A DNA stretch of 63,916 bases, counting the filler, from Klebsormidium nitens (taxonomy: Eukaryota; Plantae; Klebsormidiophyceae): NCBI GenBank assembly GCA_000708835.1. It is 6 parts of 6 records of this genome, joined end to end, with 100 filler letters (N's around TTAATTAATTAA, not from the genome) between each part and the next. Parts side by side here need not be neighbours in the genome. Positions count along the whole stretch, not along the records: positions 1 to 24,082 come from DF237426.1; positions 24,183 to 37,005 come from DF238082.1; 4 more parts are not named here. One strand, 5' to 3'. Every line of letters starts with the position of its first letter. Position 1 is the first letter of the stretch. Under the pieces are notes generated by a model that was not told the origin of the DNA, did no database searches, and saw nothing but the letters and a program-made list of their open reading frames with translations. A program made the translations under genes and the position numbers. Positions 21,178 to 33,220 of this stretch are shown piece after piece.

Positions 21178-24018
21178 ATGGAATCCACAAAGCTGATTGG
21201 CGCTTTGGAGGAGTACGCACAAGAGGGTCTCTATGCTATACCAGCAAAGGCATCCCTTTGGAAAGACGGCACCAAAAAGGTGCTTGGGACCATGCCGCAT
21301 ACCAACGGAGACTCAGCTATACGGTCTGGCTCCGATTGGAGTGCTTCTAGGGCAAGAATTCTTGAACACATTGAAACGAGAGGATACAACTTTCTTGCAA
21401 TCAAAACCGGTGCTATATCCGATTGCTTCGTCCTAGATGTAGACGTGAAGGACAAACAAGATGAGGATATCTTAGCTGGAATGCCCTATTGGCAAAGCTT
21501 GATCGAGGAGCACGGTGAGCCCGACACTTTGAGAGCAACCACTGCCAGTGGGGGCCTCCATTACTACTTCTCGTTTAGTAGCACAATCAAAGAAGGGCTT
21601 GAATCCGGCAAGAATTTCGTGGGGCTGGATGTTGACGGTCAGGTCTACGGCATTGATGGTCGCGGTGAGGGGGGAATAGCATTCGCTCCACCAAGCACTC
21701 TTGGTGAAGGCAGGGAATATCGATGGAACATGCCGCCTAAACGGACCAATATCAAGGCCGCACCTACGTGGGTTGTCGACCTTGTCAATGCGTCTGCCAT
21801 AAGAGCTGGTCACACTGGAAGATCGAACGCAACCACTCGAAGCGGGATCCAAGCAGTGCATTATCCAGAACCCACTAAGCACCATGATATCGAGACCTTC
21901 GCAGATGATGGAGACCTGAACGAGGAATCTTTGGACACTCAAGAGGCTGAAGCGCGTGAACACAAGATTGCTGCTGCAATGATGAAGCTGCTAAGAGATG
22001 CTGGGTTAGATGAGAACGTTAGCTTCTCGGGGAAGGTTTCCTTTCGTGGCCCTCTTGGTTCGATTTACTCCTTCACCTGCAGGGGGCCTCGGCGGTGTAT
22101 TCACGGCCACCGCCACAACGGCTCAAACAACTTTCGACTCATCAAACGGGGATGGGTCGTGCTTTACCGTTGTTTTGGCGTAGACTGCTCGGAAAAGCCG
22201 CTCGAAGAGTTGGGCAATCTCAGCCTTGCCGACTCACTGCTTGATGCGAATCCCACAAAATTGCACCCAACTTTCGACCGTTCCGTCTTCCCAGACAATT
22301 GCAAGGCCATATCACAAGACGAATGCGAGTCTTATTTGAAGCTCATCAGACGCAACGTGATGCACCGCTATCGGGGTCTTGCAGAAATCTTCAGCGCCAT
22401 ATATGCCGTTGATGGACGTATCCTTGCTGAGGGGAAGACTCTCCGGTATTGGAACGGACGAAGGTGGCTACTTGATGGTTCCTTCCACGTGCAATCCGTC
22501 TTCTCGAGCCACATCGCAAGGATTCTGCGCTGGTACGAGAATCAGAGACTGGCAGCCTTTAAAAGGGAGATCTATAAGCTCGCAAAGGAGTCGGAAGAGT
22601 GGGGTTGCATACCGGAGGGATCCGAATATACGCTTCCGGAGTGGGCAACTCATCCGAAGAGCGAACAAGAAAAGGAAGCCTGCCGCCGGGCGTGGAAGGC
22701 AGTCGCAACCACTTTGCCATACCCCCCGCAAAAAGATCTACCGGATCTGACGCGTTGTTCTGAAGTGCGCATCTGCCTTGAGTACGTCGTCAATTCGTTG
22801 CAAATCCAAGAGGATCTTAACGCCCTGATGGACCTCGCCAACCCTTTTCTGTTTGCATGTGCTAATGGGGTGATTGACACAACGACCGGACAGCTGCTCG
22901 CACCCCATCCGGCCCAATTGTGCTCGCGAGCTTCGAAGGTAGCCTTCCGTGGTATGCCAAGAAGCGAATCTCGATTTGCCAGGTTCTTGCTGGATTGCTT
23001 CAACGGCAACAGACAAGTGCTCGACTGGTATCAACTCTACCTCGGGTACTGCATGACTGCTGACACAAGCGAGCAGATCTTTTTGGTCAAACAGGGGGAA
23101 GGATCGAACGGAAAAACACTGACAAAGATTGCTTCGTTTGAGATCTTTGGGTCCTACGCAGTGGTCATGGACCGAGACGTAATCATCGAGGCCGGCGGCC
23201 GACGCAGTGCGGGGTCTGCATCATCTCACCTCATGGCCTTAAAGGGGGCTAGATTGGCGGAATCAGACGAATCAGGCGAGAAATCCGTTCTTAACGAATC
23301 GACCATAAAACAGTTGTCCGGAGGAGGCTCGATCACGGCACGAGAGCTCCAAGGTAGGCAAGAGAATTTCATGGTGACCCACAAGGCAATTCTAAACACG
23401 AACTACAAGCCGGTCATGGAGAACGCATCATTCAGTCTTATTCGCCGTATGGCCCTTCTTCCGATGATGGTCACCTTTACGTCTGCCGAGAGTCTGAATC
23501 CAAACAAATCAAGAGAAAAGGCGAGAGACTCCACTCTCGAAGCATACCTCAAGTCTGATGAAGGCCGAGAGGACGGGCTATCATGGATTGCAGCAGGAGC
23601 GAGCCGCTACTTCGAAATCAAACGGGCAAAGCCAAGCGCCTTGGTTCTCGAGAAACGGCCAAAGGCTATGGAAGACGCACTAAAAGCTTACGTGAATGAC
23701 GCTGACGTTGCTAAACGTTTCATTGAAGATTGCTTGGAGTTCGAAGAGCTGCATCCCGGACAACGGGCAACCTGGCCTTTGGCGGGGGGTGAGCGCTTGC
23801 AAGAAGCCTTTCAGACATGGATCAAAGAAGAAGACGTGTCTAGCTCCATCACCGCAACAGCTCTCAAGAAACGAGTCGTGCTGTATGCCGATGGCGGCAA
23901 CCATCAAGTTGCGGACGGTCGCTTCACTGACAAGAAGGTCCAATTAAGGGGTCAATTCAAAGGCCTCAGTGGTGTGCGTCTAAGGCCTGAATACCTCGAC
24001 AGCATTTCACTGGTGTGA
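21178..24018 (+). CDS. Intact, intronless Prim-Pol/D5-like primase-SF3 helicase (copy 2), 946 aa
   Basis: FVLDVDVKD, TTASGGLH, GPRRCIHGHRHNGSNNF, ACANGVIDTTTG, Walker A GEGSNGKT, Walker B AESDE, motif C ILNTN, Arg finger IRRM. Confidence 0.92.
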   Translation: MESTKLIGALEEYAQEGLYAIPAKASLWKDGTKKVLGTMPHTNGDSAIRSGSDWSASRARILEHIETRGYNFLAIKTGAISDCFVLDVDVKDKQDEDILAGMPYWQSLIEEHGEPDTLRATTASGGLHYYFSFSSTIKEGLESGKNFVGLDVDGQVYGIDGRGEGGIAFAPPSTLGEGREYRWNMPPKRTNIKAAPTWVVDLVNASAIRAGHTGRSNATTRSGIQAVHYPEPTKHHDIETFADDGDLNEESLDTQEAEAREHKIAAAMMKLLRDAGLDENVSFSGKVSFRGPLGSIYSFTCRGPRRCIHGHRHNGSNNFRLIKRGWVVLYRCFGVDCSEKPLEELGNLSLADSLLDANPTKLHPTFDRSVFPDNCKAISQDECESYLKLIRRNVMHRYRGLAEIFSAIYAVDGRILAEGKTLRYWNGRRWLLDGSFHVQSVFSSHIARILRWYENQRLAAFKREIYKLAKESEEWGCIPEGSEYTLPEWATHPKSEQEKEACRRAWKAVATTLPYPPQKDLPDLTRCSEVRICLEYVVNSLQIQEDLNALMDLANPFLFACANGVIDTTTGQLLAPHPAQLCSRASKVAFRGMPRSESRFARFLLDCFNGNRQVLDWYQLYLGYCMTADTSEQIFLVKQGEGSNGKTLTKIASFEIFGSYAVVMDRDVIIEAGGRRSAGSASSHLMALKGARLAESDESGEKSVLNESTIKQLSGGGSITARELQGRQENFMVTHKAILNTNYKPVMENASFSLIRRMALLPMMVTFTSAESLNPNKSREKARDSTLEAYLKSDEGREDGLSWIAAGASRYFEIKRAKPSALVLEKRPKAMEDALKAYVNDADVAKRFIEDCLEFEELHPGQRATWPLAGGERLQEAFQTWIKEEDVSSSITATALKKRVVLYADGGNHQVADGRFTDKKVQLRGQFKGLSGVRLRPEYLDSISLV

Positions 24019-25544
24019 CCGGAGAGACGGGCCAACAGACTTGCAAGACGCTGGGCAGCGATCTGTGGGCGGCGGACCGCATNNNNNNNNNNNNNNNNNN
24101 NNNNNNNNNNNNNNNNNNNNNNNNNNTTAATTAATTAANNNNNNNNNNNNNNNNNNNNNNNNNNNNNNNNNNNNNNNNNNNNAACATTGACACAGGCCAG
24201 TACGAAATCACGATTTGTTACTTGTACACTACACTCAAGGTCACATACACATGGACAGTGCGTCAGAGGTACCGGCGGTGTCAACGCAAGAGCAGATTCG
24301 CTCAGATGCTTTGAATCCATGTCGGGATATGATCTTACTGATGCCGTCGATAGAATTCATCGGAGGGCCACTTTTGCCTTTTTGCTAATAGCAAATCGTG
24401 CTCGGCCGAATTGGAACGATCGCGACCCTTCGTTTGAGCTAGGCTAGCCTCAGCCGGCTTTCGCCGTTGATTTGGAACAGTCAAGATTCAGGGTTCAGAC
24501 CAGCCATTGCTGGCCCAATCCCCGGGCACCGCCTCCCGATCACTTTGAAGGTGTTTTATATAGAATAGTTGCTCAGATTCTAAAGCGCAAATTTGAGATG
24601 CTCTCTGTCCAATCGGTTGCCCGATGATTCTAAACAGAATCAGTCCTGTGCAAGAGGAAAAGGGTCTTCGGTTACTGTTTCTAATTCACTGAAGTTCTGC
24701 AAATGATTAAATAATTATCAGTCTGTCTCTCTTTCTGACCACTCGGCGCCGCACAGTACGTGCGTGCATACAAGAACTCGCTTTTGCTACTAGTACCGTA
24801 CGGTAATGGTACGTGTGTACAAGAATCCTGACATATCTTGGCCGTGCCCGGTTCTGGTCTTCCAAGAATGTCCGCTTCCGGTCTTCCAAGAAAGGCTTCA
24901 TCAAGCCTGATCATGCAAGAAAATGTGCACAGTTCAAGTAGTACATAGTAACACAATGTTTAATTCCAAATATTACGTCAGCAAGCTGCTGACGTCACCT
25001 CCTTGACCGTGCCTGGGCGCCGCCTTCTGCCACTAAAAATCCCGAAAAGGAAAAGCTGGAAATGAGGAAAGAAAGTTGGTTCGGCTCGCTTTTATACTCT
25101 GAAAAACTGAGGCCGGTGTCGTGACTCGGTGTGCTTGAATGCCTCACGGAGCCTGGCACGAAGGTCCACTTCTAGTCTACAACCGTCCTTAGCCTTCTGG
25201 TTAAATCAGAAAAGTTCTAAGGTATAAGCGGGAAAAGTATCGAGTATTCTAGTCAGTTCTAAAGTGACGTCTTTTATAATATTCCGGACCCTATGGTTAG
25301 TGACGTCAGAGACCTCTTATACAATCCCTGTTCCGACTTGGTCCGTCTTGGTGTCAAGGAACCCTCTTGGTGGTCTTTATTTTCCCGTGAAGAGCCGGGA
25401 CAGCATAGTCTGGGTTCAAATAAATTGCTGGGCCCGGCCGTACCAGCATAAAATATGCTTTTTGTAAAAGGGGGGTCGCTGGGGTCATAACCCAGGCGAT
25501 CTTGGCGGGCCTAGTAGGCCCCGACCCCCTGACTGCGGTCCAAA

Positions 25545-25633
25545 AAAAAAACAAAAAAGTTGGATTCGAACCCGGACCGGGCCGCAGCTTTCGACCTCTA
25601 GGCGAGCGCGCTTGCCACTTTGGTCAAGTCGCC
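25545..25633 (-). ncRNA. tRNA-derived Pol III-like element (SINE head or pseudo-tRNA)
   Basis: Minus strand has an A-box-like TGACCAAAGTGG and a perfect B-box GGTTCGAATCC (25562-25572) followed by a T tract. The acceptor stem does not pair. Confidence 0.4.
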
Positions 25634-27388
25634 AAAATGTGCACAGCCGGAGATCAACATCTGCTGCACGAGTGCGGGTTTTATACCCCGACGCCCACTT
25701 TAATTCATGTATCTCAGCAGGGGTTCTGGCGGGGCGCCAAACGGGGCGCAGTGCGCCCCGGGGCAAATACTGGCGCCCCCGGGCGGAAGCCCGGGGCGCC
25801 ACGGCGCCCTGGGCCGCAGGCCCCGCCTACATATGGAAAACTAGGTACAAAGGTCCGTTTGCATGGAATCCAGGCCGCCTTAGTGACCGGGAACTCTGGA
25901 GTATTGTCGAACGAAGAAGAGAGTATAAGCGCATTGTGTTTCAAATATCTTTAGACCCAATACCTAAATGGTCAAAGCCTACATGGTTCTAGGGGAGTTC
26001 TAGGAGCTCAGGAATACTTCCAACAGGATTCTAGTCCAAGGACAGCCCCCTATGGTTATATATTAAGGTACTTAGATATAATATATCCCCATTGAAATTC
26101 TACATAAGCAGCTTTTCCTGTGGCATCGCCTTTGAATACGCTAATAGGGTTCTTCCGACTTCATGGCAGGCTGCTTGTATACCGTACGGCGTAGACCAAT
26201 GACAAGGACCGGTATGAACAGGATGCGGCTCGGTTAGAATCTAGTTAACACCGCGGCGTCCAGGAAACCCGGAAATGTGCCGGGCGCTCGAACCCCGCGC
26301 CCGGCTTGGCTTGGGCGCCCCAGGGGAGCTGGTCGGCGCCCCGGGGCGAAGCCCAGGGGCTTCACAGCACCTCCGGGCAAAATCCTGCTAGAACCCCTGT
26401 ATCTCAGGCTCTGCCAATCAATCATAGTCCAGTGTCCATACTCTCCGTGCGAGATTGCGGATCCACGTGGCCCGAGTCCAAGACTGGTCCGAAGTTTCTG
26501 CCCTGGGGCAATCCGAGATCGAGAAGTTCTTTGTCAATGCAAGACTGCCCGGTATGAAAGCCCGGAACCGCTTCCCGGCTCAATCACCCAGCAGCTACCG
26601 TTCCGCATTCAACCCGAGACTACCCGGTAGATGTTCCCGGCCATCTTTGTACTTCCTCATCCCGACCGATCCGAAAATACGTACGGAAGTATGTCAGCAC
26701 GATGCGGAAATGTCGGGGGAGACTCTGTCGGGAGTCCGGCTTGGCGCATGCATACCTATATTGCCACCACTGCCAGACTGCTCTAAAGTCGAATCACTCT
26801 GATGGCTCTCTGTGTAGTGCGAAAAGATCAATGCGGGGACTTCCTATTGTTCCTTATAGGTAGTTCATTGGTTCTGCTTTGACCATTTGAAAGTCCTTCT
26901 TGGCCTTCCAGACGGAAATGTCTGTGATCCAGTTTCCAGATTTGGAAAGAGGTACGATGGGAAGCAAAAGCAGCTCACGGCATTCTTCTCATACTCTGTT
27001 TTAAGAGCTAGTCCAGCTGCAGTGCACGGGTGCAAGCTACATGTAGAGCTTAAAAGTCTTCAAAGCCAGCAAAACCGCCAGCTTGTTCAGCAGACGGTAC
27101 CCAAGAACTTCAATGCAAGTTAGTCCTATTCTGGCTGCTTCCACTCGCCTCCTCACATAGGCTTTCAGCTGGTGGATATTGCTGCTCAGCTGCTATTTAA
27201 ACCAGCTTGTGTTCTTTGGAGCCAATCCTGGGCGACCAATCAACTGAACAAGCAGTATCTCTTGCAGCAGCAAAAAACCAAAACGCCCCCATCCATTTTG
27301 ATAGACAGGAAGCGCGCCTCGGCTTTGTATAGACTTCCCCCAGCTGCCTGATCATAATAGCATACTAGCGATATTGGCGTCAGCATAA

Positions 27389-30300
27389 ATGAAGGGCGGC
27401 GATCTATTTTCAGACACCACCAGGCTTAAGTTGACGGCCCTCATTCACAGCTATGCCTCTAGACACAGGGGGCCGGTAGCCTGTGTGGTGCTGCTGGCTA
27501 CATTGCTGTCGGCTCTAGTTGTCACCATGTCGGGAGGAACGGCGATTCCGCCCCTGCTGAAAGCTATCAGAGGCTATCAAATGGGTAAGAGCGCTTCCTC
27601 AACTTCCACGATCTTAGAAGAGGAGATTCTGTGGAGTCCCTGCTACCTGCCTGCTAGCTGATTGCCCCTCCTCCCAGTCTTCTTTCCTCTTAACCCAGAC
27701 TCCTCGCTTGTCTTCCCTTCTTGACTACTCTGCGGATTCCCGCTGATTACTCCGCGCATGTCCACTTTCTTCTTCTCTGTCTCTCTCCCGGCTTTTGAAC
27801 CCCACAAGGATTGTTGGAGGTGATGCATGAGGTTGAGTATCACCAAAAGACAATAAACATTGCAGCTCAGGAGTCAAAGCTCTTCTCTCGCTGCGGTAAC
27901 ATAAAAGTAATGTTGTGTCGTCATGTCAAGATGATAAGTGCTGGCATTGCCTGCGGTTTGAAGGAAGTTTAGCAGCATGTCCCTGTCCACTGTTGCACAA
28001 ACAGCTCATTTGAGCTTCACGAGTACGGTGCTGATTGGAAAGTGTGGGGCGCCAGGCTTGCGACGATCGGTCTTGTCACTGCTATCTGCAGGCGATCTAG
28101 GAAGTTGGTGCACGTTTTCTTTCCTGAGCAGTCCTGTTTGAAGATGTGACAAGCTCAACGATCGCACGTGTGCCTCTTCATACATGACCTGTTAATCTTA
28201 CATTCCAGAAGCTTTCTGTTGCAAATGTGCCTATCTAACCAAGAAAGTCACCTCTCACTCTAAGCATCTCAGAAACAGACGACTCGGACAGTCTTTTTTA
28301 CGTAAAAACGAGATGAAGCAAAGCTTTGACTGCTCTGCAGGTCTTGAAAACTTTGCCCCCGCTGCCCCTCCCAGCCCCCAGATATTAGACTTTCTTGCGC
28401 GGCTGAAGGCAAAAACACTACCCCTTGGTCCGTACGCCCCTTCCGGGGGGGCGTGCCTGGCCCGCAAGGAGAGAGCGGAGTACCCCCCCAGAAAGGTGGA
28501 CGATGCAAACGGGATCGCTGCGCAGGTCTTTGACGCGTATGCTGCATATCACCGCGGTTGTATTTCCAACATGAAAAATGTCACAGAAGCGTGGCGGGGA
28601 GAGGAACCCCCCGAGGGGTGCCAATTTGTGGTCTGGTCGGGACGCGCGGGTTTGGGGAACAAGATGCTGAACCTGGCGTCGACGTTCATGTATGCAGTGC
28701 TGGCTCAACGAGTGTGAGCGTCGCAAACCCCATCCTTCTTACCCTTCATCCTTCTTTTTCACTTCCGTCGGATTGAATTTAGAAATTCGCGGTCAAATGG
28801 AACTCTGTGTCATTTGTTTCTGACTGGCAGGTGTTGTACTGAGGGTCTGGCGCAATGCTGACATGTTGTGGTATTCAAGACCCGCCTGAATGAAGGAGGC
28901 CCACGATGTTGGTAGGCTTAACATCTGTCCACAAAAATAATGCTTACACACGAGCTCATACCACTTCGTGTTGACCTTTCAGGGTTTCAGGTTTTCGAGG
29001 TTTGAAGATTCAGGGTCTCCTAGAAGCACAATCCATATCTGGGATATCCCCACCTCTGTGGATAAGGGATCTCCTCACCTCCGTGAATATGAATTTAAAG
29101 TGTGTTCCAGGTTGAACCAGTTAGGGCTCTAGATGAAGCTACTGTTGGCTTTGAGAGAGGGGCTCGCCATTGGTAACAGCACCGTTCCAGGCAAGAGTCG
29201 AAGGGTATGGTTGTCTGACCTTCAGTCTACTTTCTTCAAAAGCCGCGCATTGCTAGTCAGCCAGGCAGCGCCACTTTCAGATGCCTTGGAATCAAGTAGA
29301 TGACTCACCTGGTCAAATCTGTTCCAACTGCTGTTGTTCCTATATTACTCAAATTCTCCGTCAATCTCGTAAAGTGATTTCCAGTTGACACAGGAAGGGC
29401 AACATGACACAGTTGCTCTGCCCTTCTGAGACATACAAGTCGCCTGACACCAGTTGTGTGTCCCTTCTTCCCTTCAGGCTCTTGGTCAATCCCGGTGTCG
29501 AGGCGGCCCTCGGGCAATTGTTTTGTGAGCCGTTTCCGGGGTCGAGCTGGCTGCTTCCGGAAGAATTCCCGGTTCTCAAGATGTTCGACAATTTGCCTGT
29601 GAGACGTCCATTCCAGACTTGTTCTGCTATGTTCTGCCGTTTCGTATTTTGTGGGTTCCCAAGTCCGCATCCTAGCCCCAAGAGAATGGTCAACACAAAT
29701 CAGGACGACTAAAAATTCTGTCTCGTTGGACCTCCCTCTGGCCTTGAGTATTACAGTTCCTTAATATTACCTTTGCCAGCTTGCTACGTTCATTCCCTGT
29801 CAGCTTCGGTGTTTGACACCCAAGTGGAACTGGTCCGGATGTGCAACTTCCAGTGCCGTCGAATGTCTCTCGCCAGGCTCAAGATCCACTTTTTGAGCAT
29901 CAAGACGAACAGAAACCGGGTCCTCCGAAATCCGTCGGCCACAAGCGTCTAAAAGTCAGCACAGTGAGAGATATGAGGACTTGATTGCCGGAAATGCTTA
30001 GGAATAATTTCATTGTCGTTTCAACAAGCCTTATCGATATCATAACATTATCAAAATCTTCAATGATGGATCGTCAAGGTCCGCAGGTAAGCGATGCATC
30101 AAAAACTCTGGCTGCCACCTATATGAAGCTATATTCTGTTCTCACATGTGTGATTGTGGAAACTAGGAATCCAAGGTTAATTCTTCTGAAAGAATCATCC
30201 GACACTCTGGCAACAGAACCATTAAGAGCAGTCACAGCGCTTCGTTACTACTACTCCGCGATTTTGTCAACCGTTCAAGCTTCTACGTCCTTGTGCAGTG

Positions 30301-33220
30301 GCCTATGAGCGACGTTGGGGCCTTAACTGCCTGCGAAGAGGAGATGAAGGAACTGGAGACGCGGACGTGGTTCATCTTTCCGCACGACACGTGGAACAAC
30401 TACTGGTGGGCGCTTTTTCTAGTTCCTCTTTGTAATACAGCCAAGTCCTTACGCGGATTGAGCCTTTTCTTTTGAAATGCGGGATGAGAGACTGGGAAAC
30501 TGAGCAGAGTGCCAAAAGCCCGACCTGCCAATTGACCTCTTTCGTGAGGACGTCGAGCTTCTCGGATATTCCAGTGAGTCAGGAATGAAGCTGGCACTGA
30601 GGTCTGCAACAAGCTTCAACCTTGTCAGGCTCTCTGGTAAACGTCAATGTGATGTTACCTTTCCGCATTACGAAGACCTTAAAAGTCGACCTTGTGGGGC
30701 CAAACTAATTGAGGGAAACACCGTCGTTCAGAGACTGTTGTATGGAGGTCCTTTCGAAGAACAGTTTTATGTGAAGCAAAATAATCGCGCAGAGTGTTGG
30801 CCAAGGATCGGCGTCGATCGAGTCGATGTTGAGGCGTGGGTCAGTACTCAGTCGATGGACTGCTAAGTTGAGTTGGTCGAAAGTTCCACTTCAAAATAGT
30901 TTGGAAACTTGATTGAAAAACGTCGCCTACTCTGTAATGAGCAAACCATCATTGTGCAGGCTGCCCGGTCTTTACGTGCATCCCACGAAGCGGCTACTGC
31001 TCAAAGAGCTCTTCCCAGATAACCAGGTGAGCTCTTACTTTCAGGAGGAACCCCCTTTGGAGACGCCCAGAATCATTCTTGCCCAAACATTCTGACATGG
31101 GCACCCGTCAAGGGCTAATCGCAACTAGTCAACGCTTTCTTTACCAAATTAGAAAGCCAACAACTTGGCATTATATTTCTCGCTGAGGTAGAACTTTCTT
31201 GAAAATAGAGTTCTTGGCGGGGTTTTTGCGACGTGATATGTGCCAAATTTACGTCTCCACAAGATCACACAAAGTACAATGTCTTTTGAGGATGGAGTTC
31301 TCCGATCTTCATTTGTTATACTGGGTTCCTGCTGCCTCCCACCGGGACGCGCCACATTTTTCATCCTGCCCAAGGGCCCGTCTGAAAACTCTCGTCGCGT
31401 CCTAGGTTAGGAACGAATATAGCTGACGACACGTTTGCTTTTCTGACGAAACAGCTCGCGCGCGCAGGTGTTCCACCGGCTGTCGCGCTACCTCTACCTG
31501 CCGCAAGACCGCATCTGGACACGTGTCACTTCGTTCTACAATCAGCACATGGCCGGCGCGACCAAGTCCGTGGGGCTTCAGATCCGACAAAAGGGCGACG
31601 GAAAAGAGCTGTATTACCAGCGGACCAGTGACAACGCGCTGACGTGTATGGCCGAGCATGAATTGATTCCGAGGCTGGTTGACACACTGCCGACCCAAGA
31701 GGGGGTTGAGATTTCCGAGGCGTCGAGCAAAGACGCGTTCGATGTGCTGTTTGTTGCGAGCATGATTCCGCAGTACGAGGAGCATCTGAGGGAGGTGTTC
31801 AGCAAGAACAAGACGGTGGCGGGGCGCAGAGTCAAGGTCAGTACTGGTTGCTCATTCCCCGTTCCCCAACGTATCTCTCCTTTTCCGGTCTCTCTGTTTG
31901 CCCTTCCTTCTTTGGTTATCCCGTTTTCTTTGCAACGTCGGATGACGTCACGCGTCTACCTGCGGCATAAGATTGACGTCAGGTACCGGGGAGCGCTTCT
32001 CGAGGGGGGAAAGCTCGCTAAGGTCCATAATACGTGTCCCCTGCATCATTAGTTTGACTTCGCTTCCTCCTTTGCAACACCACATTACAATCACTTCAAT
32101 TGTGGCACGTTTTATGAAGTAACGAGCGGAGAGATCAGGCTCTTCCATGAAGGCACAGGTTCCACCTTGCTTTCCATCCTCCTTGCTGTTTGGGTCCACT
32201 TCAAGTAGTGCACGTCAAGCAGGGGAGGGTCGTTGGTCATGGTCCAAACGTCTAATAATTCTTTTGCCAGTATGGAGGAATGTTGATAAAAAAGAAGGGA
32301 CTCCGGTCGCACGAGCACGAAATGCTTACGGAGTGATGCAAAGGGAAGATCGTTGCTTGTGCCTCTTTCTCGTCGGGGCTAGTTCGAGCGTCGTCATGCA
32401 GTCCAAGTCTTTGTCAATTGCTTCGGTATTGTATTCTGGAAGTAGAAAACGAGTCTCTCAAAGTGGTTCACAACAAGCCTAGAGCCCTTTCAGGGCTCAA
32501 GAGCTTGGACTTTTCCCAGCTGAGTTGCGAACTTTCCTGCCGACGGACTCATTTGCATGAGAGACGTCTTCGTTTTGGGTTCTTAGATGCATTTGAGCAG
32601 GCTTGTTCCTCGAATTCGGGTTGGGACACCGTTCTGCCAATGAGTTCAGGCGACACGTTGCAGCATCCCCGGCGCAAGTTCTGACGTCAGCTCCTTGACT
32701 ATCTGTCAGTTGTTTCCGTTTCACCATCTCTCAAACCATTGGATGATAAGATGCAGTGGTCCCGACTTTGAAGACGGACACTTGACGCACAACGCAATCT
32801 GGCTTACGAACGTAACTCTTCCTGCAAATCCTGACACGTCTCCTTGATCCGCAGGTGTTAAGCGCGACGCATGAACAAGAAGAAAAGTGGAGCGACCTCT
32901 CGCACTATGATTCGGCCGTCGTAGACGTCTGGCTTCTCAGCTTCACCGACCGTCAGATCATCACGCAAACCTCGACGTTCGGTTACGTCGCCTCAAGCAT
33001 CGCTGGCACAAACCCCTATTACGCCAACTACTACTCCTGCGAGCGCGCCAAGAATCACGATCCGTGCTGGCACTCCGCCCCGCAGTATTTGGTGTGTCCA
33101 AAGATGCCCAACGTGGGGGGGCCCATTCACATGGCGAGTCCGGAGATGGAGCGCTGCTCGGACTTTTTCGGGGGGGTCACACTTGTGGACGCTAAATCGA
33201 GCTATCTGGAAGCGTCGTAA
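27389..33220 (+). CDS. Xyloglucan/galactoside 2-alpha-L-fucosyltransferase family (GT37, FUT1/MUR2-like), multi-exon
   Basis: Exons 27389-27584 (N-terminal TM), 28341-28713 (GLGNKMLNLASTFMYAVLAQRV), 29478-29598 (LFCEPFPGSSWLLP), 30299-30405, 30960-31026, 31468-31836 (VFHRLSRYL, VGLQIR) and 32855-33220 (STFGYVA, DPCWHSAP). Splice phases are compatible. One short exon between 29599 and 30298 may be unresolved. Confidence 0.9.

Noticed and set aside
1-24018. Major capsid protein or A32 packaging ATPase
   Set aside because: No motif recognised by eye. 'QIGG' in 11185-11736 is too short to support a capsid call. Absence needs profile searches to confirm.
24127-24138. TTAATTAATTAA palindrome, also at 37050, 46739, 58679 and 60953
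   Set aside because: Always centred in N runs; an assembly gap linker with stops in all six frames.
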